A stretch of 64,000 bases of DNA from Dimorphilus gyrociliatus (GCA_904063045.1 CAJFCJ010000014.1:1485643-1549642); one strand, 5' to 3'. Counted from the first letter of the stretch, positions 1 to 15,926 are shown. Notes: generated by a model from the letters alone, not told the origin. Numbers and translations are program-made.

Positions 1-1086
1 ATCACTTATTCACTGATGGACCGAAAATGACATTGGCTGACTTAATCTTATTTATCAACTTTTCGTTAATTAACAAGGAACGGTTAGAAACCTTTCGCTT
101 GATACGGAACTGGTAAGTAGAAATATGTATAGACCTGCTTTCTTTATTATATTATTCTCATTGACAGGTATAGAAGAGTTTTGCAAGTTCCATGTATTAT
201 TCAGACTTCCTTTTCATTAGGCTTAACTACGCATGACTTTTCGTGTGCTTGTTCTTGTGAAAAAACTAAATTTTTCGAAACAAACTCTATTTCTATTCGA
301 GAGAACGTAAAACCTCCACAAAGCTTTTCAATAAGCCAATTATCTTCTTCAGAGTCCAGAGCTGAAAAACATTTTAATACTATTAAAACTGTTAATAAGG
401 AATATGACCCTCTTGATTGGGACACAATACCTTTGCCTTTACACCCGTCAGTTCCAGATAAAAGAAAACTTCGAAAAAAACAACAATTAGATTACATTAT
501 TGGCTGCGTTAATTCTTTTGTTGAACCAGGTCAAGTTATTGTTGACATGTGTGCAGGGAGTGGACATTTGGGATTGGTACTAGCTAATCTTCGACCGGAT
601 TGTACAATTATAGTGGTAGAAAGTAAAGAAGAAAGTATTGAACGTTGCTATAATATTCGAGAGAAATTAGGTTTAAATAATCTAAAAATCTACTTCTCTC
701 AGCTATCACATATCAGAATGAAATTTGATTTTGGCGTTGCTCTGCATGCTTGTGGTTCTGCCTCAGATTCTGTTATAGAAAAATGTCTTGAAATGGCTGC
801 TTCATTAGTATTGGTGCCTTGCTGTTACGGTTCAATTCGTAGGACACATAATGTAACTTATCCTAGATCCAAGCTATTTAACGAACTGGAATACGAGAAT
901 TATCTAGCAATATGCAGAATAGCTGACCAGCATAGTTCCAATAAAGAGAGATCTAAACGTTCATCAGATCTAATCGATACTGACCGTCTAAAGTACGTAG
1001 AAGAGTGCGGGTATTCAACATGTTTCTTATCACAATTGCCAGAGGATTCTAGCCCTAAAAATAATTTACTGATATGTCTAAAGTAA
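1..1086 (+). CDS. GSTCD: GST C-terminal domain-containing protein with C-terminal class I SAM methyltransferase domain (5' end outside window); exons <1-112, 168-1086
   Basis: The exon at 3-112 reads HLFTDGPKMTLADLILF...RNW, a GST-C 'TLADL' motif. It is spliced over a 55-nt GT-AG intron (113-167) to YRRVLQVP... The methyltransferase motifs IVDMCAGSGHLG, VALHACG and LVPCCYG and the C-terminal SPKNNLLI match the GSTCD architecture. Confidence 0.85.
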
Positions 1087-1385
1087 ATACATTTATATAA
1101 TTAAATGAATGCCTAAAATACGCTAGAGTTGTAAAATCTCTCTTTGAATAGTTCTATTTACAAAAGTAAGGTAAAGACAGTAAAAATTTAAAGATGAATA
1201 TGGATAATTCGAATTTTTATTCTCTAAGTTTGAACACCGGCGCATTATGATACAACCATTTATAAATAATAAACTAATTTTACCTATTTTAAATAGGCTA
1301 AAAATCTTTTGCATAAGATAAGCGAAGCTCGCTCAAGAACTTAAAAGTATCACCAAATGTAAAAAGAATAATAACAATGTAATAG

Positions 1386-4300
1386 TTATCTGTCGTATTG
1401 CAGGAGAATTACAGGTATTGTTACAGCTAATAGATGAAAAATGTCTAAACTAATAACTCTAGAAGAATTAAGGATTTCTTTAGATTCCTCGTAGGTTGTT
1501 GGACCATTTTCCCTTTTGGGAGGCTGGTACGAATCGTCTCTTGTACCTTTAGGGAAAATTTCTGATAAAATTAGATAATTAAATGAAAATCTTTAGGATT
1601 GTTAGGACACTTACTTATGTTCTTTCGTGTAGTATTTGGTAAAATGGGAGCAGGACCCTCGCAAACCTTTTCTCTGTGATCTATTAATAGGTCAATGTAT
1701 CAAATATAAGCTATTGTCTTACGAAGATCACCAACCTTTATGCATTTGGACAGTTATATCGACTTCAGTTGTATCGACTAATTGTCTGGCAGAACTTAAG
1801 CTACATTGAGCGTCTCTCATTCGGGCAGCTTGAATCCAAGTAGGGTAAGGGGCGCTATGAACAATCGAATCAATAACCCAACAATTGTACTTGTAAGGTT
1901 CGTGTCGTCCATAACTAGTAATCAAGTAGCTTTGATCCGAATTTATTTTATAGAAAGCTTCGCACTTGTAATCTGTATAGTTTATAAAAATTTTATCAAA
2001 TGTTATGTACAATACTTGTATATATGCTCTTTTTTTACAGTAATTATGTTTAGAGTAGTCTGAGCACGATTTGGTTTGAGTGTTTAAAGTATCTGAAGAA
2101 CCACAGCTTCTCCTATTCCAATCCGAAAGAGTTCCATCACATGTTACTCCTCCTTTAGCTAGATTAAAATTAGCACTTATCGAACCATCTAAACCACAAT
2201 TATTGAACCATCCCTTGTTCTCGGGAAGAAGAATTTTATAACCACTTGAATGTATGGTAGATCCAATAGGTTGTCGATCTTCTCTAAAATCACATAATCT
2301 TTCAAAACTACTGTCAGGATCTAAGGTAGTATGGGCTAAATGCAAAAGAAAAATAGTTTTATTTTTAACGAAAGGAATAAAACTGAATCAACCCTACATA
2401 TTTTCAATAACAGGACTTCGTAATCCAATTTCTTGATGTTTAAGCAAATAAGCCTTGGTAAGCTGCGGATGAAGGAAAAAAAACGTGTAAGTTAAGAAAA
2501 GGAAGTCAAATACAATGTCTATATAAACAAAGTCACGCAAAAAACAATTCGCCTATTCATACCATCCGTTCCTTGAAGTGGTGATCAATAAGAAACTGCG
2601 TTTCTCCTCGTTTATAGACTTGCAGACGAATTTGCCAAAGAGGCGGAAAATTACTTCATTCCTCCTTATTTGAACCTATTTACGCATTATCAAATGCCAT
2701 TTAAAGAGGGAAAAAAATGAGGCAATTACTACAGAATTGAAAGATTGATCAGCAAGTTCATTTAAAAAGAAATTTTCAATCATTATAATTAAATTAATTA
2801 ATTAATCAATTAATTAATTAGTCTCAATAACTAATATTTTAAAGGGATAACAAAGAGATAAGAGTAAGAAACTAACATTATCGTAGAAATTGGATTCGTA
2901 CCAAGTCCATGAGCCTCGAAGATATTCAGGTATTTCGCATTCGGGTTCCTCAGAAGGTGCTAAATGACATAAGTTGCAAGATTTCTTGCAGTATGATTTG
3001 TATTTCCTATGATGACACTTTTTTCTAGCCACTACTTTGTCACAACCGATATTCTCATCGATGCATGTTCCGCTCTGACTCCTCGTTAATTGAAATTGTA
3101 GAGTGGAACCGTTCCATTGTCCGTCGCTGCTTATCTTCAAATTAACCCTGTTATACATGGTTGCTGACGCAATTTCATTTTCAGAAGTTGGTAGATGGCG
3201 TGGTAATTTCTATTAATAGGCAATAAAATAAGAATGGAAGAGAATGAAATATCAAATTAAGTCTTCCATAATCTTAAAATTTGTCGCGTACACTTTCATA
3301 TAAGGATCTTATTTCTTTGTAGAGTTTTTTACTTTATCTACGTGTATAACGACTGTTGCTAATTGTACTTAATTACACTTGTTAGCGCCAATGCAGAGGA
3401 GCTTCGAGGCACGAACTCTCGCCGACGACTCCCCTTAATTACATGCTATGTAGGATTTTGTTCTGTCGATGAGAGAATTTTCTGCTCATACATCCAAAGC
3501 TTTAACACCTATCTATTTCCGCCTCTTTCTACCAATTTAAAACTATTTCGATGCCAGCAGATTGATAAGATTATCAGAAGAAACGTAACAAAATTTAAAA
3601 ATCGATATGACCGACTTACTAGAACATAATGAGCTGGATCAAAATCATATCCTAAGATTACAAATGAGTTCTTTTTATGAGTCCAATTTCCCCAGCATTG
3701 AAACCTCGCAAATTTTTCCTTGTGATCCGAAAAAGGATTACAACTTGGTGTCGGAAAGAACATAAGTAAACCTTCTGTCGTTACGCATTCGCTCTCCATT
3801 CTTGATGTCTTCCAAGCGTAGGAGCAAGTGGGCTATTAATGATAACAGAGGAATCAATTACGAATCAAACCCTTAGGCTAATACTTTGAAATCAATGTTA
3901 CTAATATTGCTTTTAAATGCATCAGTTAATTCAAATGAAATTGTTAATAAATAATTAATTGTTTTCCATGTTCTGGATAAGACACGCCTAGACAAACCTT
4001 ATTAGCATTATTATGGAACTGATGGAATAAGAAGCCTCCAAGTTTTGGACAAGGTACCCAAGTCCTTTGAGGAGCAGCTGTAAAGAATATTAAAAACTTT
4101 AAAAAAGGTAATACGTAAGTGATTAGAAATCAATAGAACATTCATATATTTATAGTCTTAGACGTAGAAGACAGAAGAAATAATGCATATTGCATAATAT
4201 TATAAATCGAATAATACCAGACCGGGACTCTGGAGATCAGACCAGGCCGACTTGGTACAAGATCAATGAAGACGTAATCAATTTGCGGATCAGTAGGAAA

Positions 4301-6125
4301 TGGCGTCAACAGCTTACCACCGTTCTATTAGACCCTCTAACCTTTTGTCTTACTTAACAAACAACAAGTAGATATATGTAAATAATGTCTTACTAACCAA
4401 TCCACGGCCATCCATGATGCGATAAATCTACGTCACTGTTGCAGATCTTCATGGTTGAATAGGTTATTTCAGCTTAAAAGGAATAAAACACGTAAATAAA
4501 GGAGAAATCAGAGATTACAAAGTAGAAAGATATAAAGATGGAATATAATTGAATAGAGGAAGATGGATAGTCAGGATATTTTAGTCAAACAGAGAAACAG
4601 TTTCATTGACTTAATCGTCCGGCGGGTCAGTCGTTTGCTTTATTGGGTTGAGCGAGAATCTCATACATGTTAACAAGTTGAAATGCTCTATTCTTATTTT
4701 AATATAAAAGAGTTGGAAACTCTACGTAAAAGTGCAAGTTGAAGGATAAAATCGGTGAGGTTCGATAATATGAAGAGGGGCCGTTAGGAAGAAGGGTAAG
4801 CGGAACGGTATTCAGTAGATGGAATGTGGTTAGAATCCGAAATAAACGAATCAATCAGGAAGGGGGAACTAAGTCATCAAGAAACTTGATTGTGTCATTC
4901 ACTAGACACCTTTTATCTTTTTCTTCCCTTTTACATTGCTCACGCTCTACCACCCGCATCATTTAAATATCTTTATCTTTAGCTTACCTGAACTGACTTT
5001 GATTATGTTTCTACCATCTAGAGGCCGAAGTCTGGCACAAACGAGTGTGATCGAATTTGATCTGTAGAACGTCGTATTCATTTAAGCCTTACAAATAGCA
5101 GACATATAATTGTTAATCAAATGGTAAAAAAAAAGCGATGTTCCTTTGTTGTTCTTTTTCAATTTAATCCTTTACATTTTTTTTTATTACTGCAGATAAA
5201 CCTGCCTTGTAGCATTACTCCAAATATAGATCTACCCTATAATTTAGTATACTTTTCGTATACAGTTAAGAATATATGGTACCTGATCTCTTTAATAACA
5301 AATAGATGGTGGGGTCGAGCGTCCAAACATTCCCATTTATATAATAAAGTCGTTTTAAAGCAGGAATCTCCCCTTCGGCAATATGAGTTGCTTTGACTTC
5401 TCAGCGTAAAAGTCAACTCATCAGGCCTAGTTGCCTGTACTTCTTTTCTTTCTATCCAGTGTCTAGAAAAATTTCCGTACATTGTCTCGAAAGTCCACCC
5501 AGACCAACCGCCCTCTTTCCGTTTTTGTCTTATGTAGGAAGGGAATGAACACTTTTGCCATGTTGGAACTGTAATTAATAGAATTGAAAAATTACTGATT
5601 GGCTCAAAAAAAGTCAGAAATAAATTTGAGAAAGTTAAAGAAAAAGCTAGAGATATATCGGAAAAGGTGGTAGGTTTCAGTCAATACGATCACTTCCACA
5701 ACATCCAACCCCTTCAAATATTTGTTCACTAATTTTCTAATCCGGTCACGTACCCTTGGTGAAAATTGCTAATATCTCCTATACATAATGCTCGTATCGG
5801 TTTAATTCATGTGATTGTTGAAGAAAGAGATGTAGCAAAGAATATATACATATATGTATGAAAGATATAAGTAATAAGCTTAATATAGATGATTCTAAAG
5901 AGTTTTTATTTTTAATTGATAGGTCTTGTTCAAGATATAATTGGCATTAGATCCTTTTTATTATGACAATCTTCATTGCTAATTATTAATTTAAGGTATT
6001 TTTGATACTCTCTATCAACTGAAAAGGTTTATTGGCATAAAAATATGCGATAAATAAATATATACTATCTTTCAACTCTTGTAGTATTTACCATATACAG
6101 ATATATATATATACATAGACGCACG

Positions 6126-6161
<36 letters not shown>

Positions 6162-8606
6162 TATACTTCTAGTATGTATTGTGTATATTATAAGAATGGT
6201 ACGCTACAGCGAACGACTTTATTGCCGTTGAGCTTTTATTAAATAACGCAAAAAAGGAATATAGTATGCGGAAGCAGAATGAAAAGGCGAAGTAATCAGT
6301 TCTACATAGCCTTCATATTTGAAGTTCTCCTGTGATATATACAAAAGCATCTAATAACCGTTTAAATGCAACTAAGGGTTTACTTCCTGTTCTAAAACTT
6401 CCACCATATATGAAGTCTTAAATGTACTTATCATGCGCAATAGAACTTTGTATATCAACTTTGTATATCTTCATGTTTCATGATACGTTTCTGCGCAATC
6501 TCTATCTTTCTTACTTATTCACCCTTTCTCTTCTCTACTTTCTAGTTTACTCTTACTCTCACTCTCTGTTTCTCTCTCATTCTACTTATCGATTTTCAAT
6601 AGTCTATACATAAAAAATGTGCTTGCTATTCCTTATGTAAAGGCAGTCGAACCTATTAACAAACACTAATTCAAACAGACGATACAGGAAATTCGTCGAA
6701 GCGTCTATTTATTTTGCTTTCCTCCTCGCGTAACGATTTAAATAAGTAACTAATTAGACAACTTGTTTTTATTTATTTGTTTTCCTTTCCTTTCATCGTT
6801 ATTATTTTCTATTAGGGTAGGACGTTAGGTTTATTGGTAAGTTTAGACGCTTAACGCTTTAGTGATAGTGTAAAAAATGCGAGGGGAAAATCGCCAAGTG
6901 TACTCGGAAGAACAAAAGCCTTTTGTTTATTAATTGAATGAGATTGTATGCGAAGGTATAAGGTATTGATCCAGTCGATGAACTTTGAATAGGTTTGCTT
7001 CGTATAATGATAAAAAAGGCGTCTACGTGTAAATTGGTGCCTCCTTTTTTTCACTAGGCGTCAGTCGATTGTAAATTCTCCCGGGCTAAAGAAGAAACGC
7101 TGTATATAAATATATGAAGAAGCGCGACAAATACTACCGAAGGGCGTTGAGGATATGCAAAAGCCTTGCAACTTTATATGCACAATATTCATTTACTAAA
7201 CACGTTTGTCCATTCCCGTGTGTAGGGAAAATGGCCGTACAGGAAAAGAAACGCCTGAAAGCAAACATCGCTACTTGTTTAAAGCAGGCGACATTGGAAA
7301 GACGCTCGGCTTTTTTACTCAGAGTCTCAGCCGTCCGTCAAGTTTGGACTGTTGCATTCTTTCTCAACATTGCAGTCGTTAGACGCTTTAGAAAACTTGT
7401 GTTTGCATTTCATTGCCTTTGTTTTCGTATTTGACGACCAACTTTGATTTATTTGGACGTCCCCTTACATATTTGTAGGCATTTATTCAATGCCCGCAAC
7501 GATCCATAAAATATTTAAGGAGAGGAAAATGGCACTTTTAACGGAAATTAATAGATACACCTTGTATAAACTGTTACTCTGACAAGAAATGCAAAAAGCA
7601 AGAAATCGAAGTGAGCAAATTTAAGTGGGTGGAGTTTGAAAGCAGAGGGGTGAAGGGGAAAAGACTGCTTGAATATGAAGTTGATTGAAAGACTTTTTTT
7701 GTCTAATCAAATACGCTCATTGTGACATGACTGCCCTTGTGGTCAAGTAAACGAACGTTTGACGCCAATTACTCTACTCTCTCCCCTCCTCTCTCTCCCT
7801 CTCACTTATCCTCTCATACTCCCCCTGTCTCTTTTTCCTCTTTTTTTTTTTTTACAGCCAATATTGGCCAAACTGGTGCAGTGCAGCTGTCAGATTGCAC
7901 CGTGAAATATTAAACTACTTCTGCTCCATTACCATCTCAACCGCCTTTTTATATAAATATATATAAACTGTATATAAGATATATATCGAATATGGGACCC
8001 CGCGCGAACAATTAATCCTTATTAGGCCTTCGGCAATATACTTCGCCTTAAAAGCAAGTCATCTTCCACGTGTGACATTTATAATGTGAAAGAAAACTCA
8101 TAGAATCTCATTATATGCGCTAAAGGAGGGAGGAAAGAAAAACTTTGTCTTATTTATTATCGAAGTAATATGCTTAAGAATAGAAACTATACGTAGAAAT
8201 GATTACTAGTGGGAAAATCTTTTTACATTACATTCTGTTCTCTTTTATGAATATTGAAATAAAAGTAAAAATAAAAGAATATTTCTTAAGAAAATAACTT
8301 TTTTATAACAATATTCTTTTATTATTTTATTATATTCCTATTTACTATTACTTTATTATAAACGTTCATCGGCTTTCGATAAAAATTTGTTCGACCGCAG
8401 ACTCTCTATAGACAAGACAGACTGTATGAGAATAAATCTCATTTATACGTTAATCACGTACTAAAGAAGCGACAAACCGATGACTTGTAATTGAAAACAA
8501 ATAATAACAACCAACCGATATTTTATAACTGAAAATATAAAAATTTAACTGAGAACTAACCTGTACTAATAGCGAGAAAAATGGATGTGATCGAAAGCAG
8601 GTTCAT
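1386..8606 (-). CDS. Secreted or GPI-anchored cysteine-rich multi-repeat protein with an internal ShKT domain (multi-exon)
   Basis: Exon 8606-8561 encodes a signal-like MNLLSITSIFLAIST and is spliced in phase 1 to an exon starting at 5568 (VPTWQKCSFPSYI...GGWSGW). Recurrent C-x-[FI]-P...W and FQCWGNW repeats follow. An ShKT-like six-Cys module (CIDENIGCDKVVARKKCHHRKYKSYCKKSCNLC) lies at about 2965-3063. Last exons are 1680-1615 and 1561-1386, ending in a hydrophobic tail NSSRVISLDIFHLLAVTIPVILLQYDR*. Not all internal exon boundaries were resolved. Confidence 0.65.
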
Positions 8607-9207
8607 TGCTGTTTTGCAGTGTAGCGACGTTGGGCCTTTGCAGCGCGGTGCGTCAGAGTCAGAATTAAGTTAGGTAGTTTGCAGGACAGCAGTGCGCCTC
8701 TGGGGACAGCGTCCATCTGCTTGAACGGTCTCTCGTGCTGATCGGGCCGCTGCTAGAATCATTAATTTTCATTGTTATCTCGTCTCTTTTTTGCATATAA
8801 AATACCTTCTCTTTCTTCTCTCCCGATGGCTTTAAATGTTTATCGTAAGGAATATAGAAAGCTTGTAAAAAAAAACTAAATACTCTCAAAACACACACAT
8901 ACTATGTCTCTCTCTCGTTCCCCTCCTTTTTGCGTAATTATCTACAACTCCATTAGCTTTAGGATATTTCCCATCGACACTAATTCCATCAAATATTCTC
9001 TAAAACTTGTAGTTATCTTATCAATAATCATTAGCTAGGAAAACTCTTTCTCTCTCTTTCTCTATTTTTGTTATTTTCAGTTACTTTTGGGTAAAATGTT
9101 AAATGTAATACTCAGAATGTAAAAAGAAATAGAATCTTTCCTATTTCTTAATAGGGAAAGGGAGAGGTGGAAATCTAGACAGAGAGAAGATATTCGAGAA
9201 ATTTGCA

Positions 9208-9220
9208 CGCCATCTATTGG
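9208..9220 (-). promoter_or_regulatory. CTCF-like motif CCAATAGATGGCG
   Basis: Matches CC-N-N-Y-A-G-R-T-G-G-C-R. Lies between the 5' end of the ShKT gene and the 3' end of the sushi gene. Confidence 0.5.
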
Positions 9221-9560
9221 ATTCCTTAAAAATATGAAAGAATAAAAGAACAAAAAGAACTATAGAAAAGAACCAGATATTCTTTTAAAACTCTTTATTT
9301 AAAACTATCTCAAAGTAATTTTAATTATTCAGATCTATGTTAATACATCTTGAATGTTGTATTTAAAAATATATAACATACCCTTTTAAATTTGAATAAA
9401 AACTGTAAATTTGTATAGAGAGTGCATTTGTGTCTTATTTCTTTCTCAATAATGTTACTCAAACATTAAGTAACTTTTAGAATTGAACAGGCGAAGTAAT
9501 AATTTGTTATTTTCACTAAAAGTTTTTTTTTTAAAAAAAATAAAAAAAATAGTATTAAAT

Positions 9561-12500
9561 TCATTTCTTCTTTTTTGATTGTTTTAAATGTTTCGGCAAA
9601 GACTTGGTTTTTACTTTTTTTTGGAATAAATTACACAAATGGGGTAAATCCATACCAACAATGACCAATGCTATAAAGCCTAATACAATACCAAACACAG
9701 TACCGATATGCTGGGCTGATGGAGCTTCTAATGTTTTTTCGTCTTTTTTAACTTCTACTTCTGTCAATTTGATTATATATAAATATGTATATCTACTTTA
9801 TTCAATAGAATAATATTTTGAGTCAGTAGTGTACTGTTATTGTTAAGAAGAGGATATGTTTTCTTACCTATACACTGTTCAATATCAGGCTCCCATTCTC
9901 TCCGGCAAGTAGAAAAGAAGAATGAATTCTTTTTCGACTTGAATCCATCTTGACAAGAACAGTTTAGCTTGATACCCCAATCTGTTGAATTTTTATCACA
10001 AACAACTCCGTCCCAAACGGGAATTGGAGGACACTTGATGACTAATAAAACATATAAAATCAATACGTAATAAAGGCTTAACAATAGTAAACTCATACTT
10101 TCACAATTATCTATAAATGACCAACTTCCATTGATCAAACATGTTGAGATATTGTTTGTATCTTTAAATGTAAATCCGTCGAAACAATTGTAAGAAACTA
10201 TTGAATTGTAGTTTGTTGACAGATACGACGATTTGCTGTTTTGTACTACTTTGGGTGAACCACAATCGACTCCTATATATAATAAAAAGTGATTGAATTG
10301 ATAATACCTAAAAGAATTTTATCTACTGAAGCATTTTATCTCATCGAATTCCGTTTTCCACTTTCCATAGACGTCACATGATATCGATAACGAAGTTATT
10401 CCTTTTTTTATCCAATATCCATCATTACAAGTTACATTGTATTTATAATTCTCTTCAATCCATAGTAGACTAGAGAACTCGACGAACTTTCTTGACGGAC
10501 ATTTAATTCCTATTGAAAAATTATTTATTAACTGTAAGAATAAACTATTCACTAGAAAACTTACTAGTGCAAAACGGCCGCTCTAAGGAGGGAAACCAAT
10601 TTCGATTTTGACACTTAATAACTATACTACTAGTATTTAATACTGTTAAATATCCTAATAAGCACGTTACTTGAACATAAGTATCTTTTGTGGTTAGAGA
10701 TGAATTATAAACTGTAAAGTTTTGAGCAGTTAAGGCGGGACAATTATCTAAAAATTTGTTTTCAATTTAAGTCAATTCCATTGAAAGATAACTTTACAAA
10801 AAGTTTAAAATACCTGAGCATGTAATATTGTCCGAGAGCCATTCTTCATTTGGCGAGCATTTTATATAAAAGTATTTATATCCAAAGTTAGTTAGCGTTC
10901 CGTTTAGACACTGATACTTAACAGAGGAGAGTAATTCATTTTTAGTATCGTTTACTTTTACGGCAAAATCAAAGTTAGGAGCGTTTTCGCACAAATTTTC
11001 TTCAAATTGAATAGGAAAAGATATATTTAACGACAATCAATATTTATCTATAACAGACCAATGATAATGATTCTTACCTACGCAAGTAGAGACATTTGAA
11101 ATGTCCCAATATCCATCCACACAACTAAGATGGATTATATCTACACCATTTTCAAAATGATACCCATCAATACAGCTTAAAGTTGCCGACGATCCTATTC
11201 GATTTAGTTTTACAACAGTTAAAGGCCAGTACGGTAATGCAGGACAGATTTTCTTACAGGTCAAGTCAATAAAATGTGAGCATCTTGTTTGAAAATTTTG
11301 AATATATCCTATATTCGTTTCTTTTCTACTGTCTACTTCTTTTTTATCTCGTAAACAATCTATTTCTAAAACATACATAAACATATAAACTGAATGATTT
11401 TGTTATATAACTGCTTTACTTTGGCATGTTGCGTTCATTTCGTGCCATACATTTGTGCCAATACATTCGTGTGTCCTTGTTAAAGTATGATCTTCAAATT
11501 CATAGCCAGAATGACATTTCCGAATTAGAACAACGTTTTCTTCGAAAAGCTCAAGATTTCGATATTCGTTAATATTTATTTCATTTATTGATACTATTGA
11601 GCAGCTCGCTTCTAAAGGTTCTTTTGTATAATTGATTTGTTTATATTCATCAGTTGTAGTACTTTGTTCAAATGTTACAGTGGTTCTTTTATCTGGCTCC
11701 GGAGTGGTATTTGTTTCAGTAGCATCAACCTGTGATTTTGTTGTTTTTATTGAATTTTCAGTTGTCTCGTGTAACTTTGTAGTAACTTCTATACTTGTAC
11801 TTACTTGAGATGTAGCTTGTATATTCTGGGTTGTTTGTATAGTTGATTGTGATGTTGAAGCGTTAGGAGTAGTAGTTACTTCTTTTGTCGTAGAATGTTT
11901 CGTTGAAGCTGTTGTTTAAAGATGTTATTGATTCAATTGTTTTGAAAAATTTACCTGTTAACTGAGTAGTAGTTGGTAGTAAAGTGGTTGTTGTTTGTTG
12001 ACTAGTTGTTGTCGGCGCGTAAGTTGTTGATTTAGTTGTCGTTGGTTGAACTGTAGTTGTATATATAGATATTGTGGTCGCTTTTAAAGTAGTAGTTTCT
12101 TGTGCAGTTGTAGTAGTTTCCTGTGCAGTTGTAGTAGTTTCTTCTGCAGTTGTAGTAGTTTCTTGTGCAGTTGTAGTGGTTTCTTGTGCAGTTGTAGTTG
12201 TTTCTTCTGCAGTAGTAGTAGTTTCTTCTGCAGTTGTAGTAGTTTCTTGTGCAGTTGTAGTAGTTTCTTGTGCAGTAGTAGTAGTTTCCTGTGCAGTAGT
12301 AGTAGTTTCCTGTGCAGTTGTAGTAGTTTCTTCTGCAGTAGTAGTAGTTTCTTGTGCAGTTGTAGTTGTTTCTTCAACGGTTGTGGTCGTAGGCTGAATC
12401 GTTGTAGTTTGTAGTGTTGTAGGTACAGTAGACGATATCACAGTTGTTTCAGGTGTTGTTGCAACAGTTGTTACTGAAATTAATTTTCAGGTTATCTGAG

Positions 12501-13064
12501 AAAGTGATTTAAAAGCTCCTTTTGTATTTAATGGAAAATCATCGATTGTATAATTTTGAAATGTAATATTGTTGAAGAGAAGTATAATAACTAAAGACTT
12601 TACCAGGATCAGGCTCCCATGCAGTATTTAAGCAAGTCACTGTCGTGCGAGAGTCCCATTTCTCCGACGCAGTTTCTATATCGGGCCATAAGGTGTTTGG
12701 CCCCTTTCTAAAAGGATAGGGAAAATATTTTTACTAAAAAAGAACTGAATCAAATACCATTCTACGATAAACCTGTATAATCCACTGGCACATGCTATTG
12801 TACCAATCCTCCAAGAGTTGGATTGGTAACTTATATAAAGATTAGTAGAAGGCATTTTATAATAAGGTCTATCATACTGACACCCAGCTCCGTTGACTAT
12901 ATTATAAGCTCCGTTCAAAAACCCATATCCAGTGTCGAAGATTTGAACACGAATACAGTAAAATCCTCCATTAACTGAAATGTTTATTGGCTGTAATTTC
13001 AATTTCATAATTACTTTTACTTACCAAATTTAAAGAAAAAGAGGAGGAAAAAGATGCTGGTCAT
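9561..13064 (-). CDS. Type I membrane protein: signal peptide, small N-terminal domain, Thr-rich mucin stalk, several sushi/CCP domains, TM helix and basic tail
   Basis: ATG at 13064 gives MTSIFFLLFFFKF, spliced to VNGGFYCIRV (acceptor at 12975). A Thr-rich region spans about 11640-12470. Repeated C...C.xGY/F...C...W...C sushi patterns occur in exons at 9870-11600. The TM segment IGTVFGIVLGFIALVIVGMDLP is followed by a Lys-rich tail and a stop at 9561. Confidence 0.75.
12088..12372 (-). repeat. Coding tandem repeat, 21-bp unit, 13 full copies plus a partial copy, encoding ETTTTA[Q/E]
   Basis: Direct reading of the units (e.g. GAAACTACTACAACTGCACAA on the minus strand) and of the translated ORF 11863-12441. 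Confidence 0.95.
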
Positions 13065-14526
13065 TGTACTGTGAAATAGTAATCTGTTAATGTATAGCTC
13101 ATCTATACTAATTGTTTCATGGAGCGACGATAGATGGTGCTATTTTGCAAAAAGTATTAGTAGTTCACAAGAAAGAAATAGAGGACTATTAATAATAGTT
13201 AATTATTTGATGATCATCATTACATTCTGAATTAAATGTAGCCATACACAAAAGCAAATGTCATCAAAAATAGTGCAACAGTGAATGGCCCATCGATTAC
13301 ATTATATATTAACAGTTCGCTGAAAGTTAACTTCATGAATAAGAAAAACCCAAACTATTTATATTAAAGGAAATAAATATATTTAAATGTATAATTTTTA
13401 TTACTATCTTTCCTGCAAGTCGTTTTATCCTTTGTTTTTTCACTGTTCTAAAACTCCCTTTACTCTTTCAATCTACGTATCGATCACACTCTTTCTTGTT
13501 CTTCAATCCGTCACAATTTTTATTTATAGCTTTTCAAGTTATCGAATTTATCAGGTATATATATTCGTATAATTTATGTATGAAAAATATAACATTCTTT
13601 CTTCAATAAAACCAATACCCTAATATATCTTAGAACAATGGCCTTTTATTATTATGCCCTATAGCTCGAGAATGAAACGTTCAAGGACTAAGTTTGAAAT
13701 TTTAGTCGTCGCTTCTTTTCTGTAGTTAACACTTAAGTCAATAAAATACGAAAGCTTTGTTTTTCTCAAAGGGATACTCTTTTTCCACCTAAAATATAAA
13801 TACAATATGTATGATACATTTAGCTTTGTAATCTGAATTAGTATTTTTCCTTCAGCTTATGCAAATATAACTCTTTAAGTTCGTAAGGAACATTTATGAA
13901 TATTTCTCTATGGGATAAATCTTGGTTTTTTTCTTCAAAGGCAATTATCAGCTAAAAACCAAATGAGATAATATTCCACAGAAATATTTAGTTATAATTC
14001 CTAGAACAGTATAACTTTATTTACTTTATATTTCAGACTTGCTCTATCAGATTACGCTAACATGATTATTCTTTGGAAGAATGCCTAAACATAATGGTTA
14101 TAGATCGAAGTTGACAATTAAGGCTTCACTCTTCATAACAAAATTATTTTGTACTGCATGAAACAATGACACATTTCACACCAGGTGGCAGACTTCCATC
14201 TACAGTAATGGTAAATAGGAGACGCATTAGTTGTGGGTTAGATGTTAATGCTTAAGTAGAGGGGACAATATGATATAATTACTTTTTTACTAGATATTAT
14301 GGATAATTTGTATCCTAACATTCCAAGTTTCACTTTGAAATTTTATGATCGTGTGTTTGAAAAAGATATTTCTAGCACGATATTTATAAAATTTTACTGT
14401 AAAAAGAATACTTGAAGTTTTATTTAATAATGTTAAAAATAAAAAAATAATGGAAGTATAAACGATAGCTATATAACAGTTTGCTGATAAAATAAAATTC
14501 TTAATCAGTCTTATTAAAAAATAGAA

Positions 14527-15926
<1,400 letters not shown>

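Noticed and set aside
7114-7434. 106-aa ORF in the first intron of the ShKT gene, and the other 60-110 aa intergenic or antisense ORFs in the track
   Set aside because: No recognisable motifs, low-complexity F/L/S or K/E composition from pyrimidine/purine tracts, and no supporting splice structure.
12074-12414. Overlapping ORFs rich in V/C/S or K/L/Q (12074-12397 +, 12084-12377 -, 12100-12414 +), and a CRISPR-like regular periodicity
   Set aside because: These are alternative frames of the coding 21-bp Thr repeat. The units are contiguous with no unique spacers, so this is not CRISPR.
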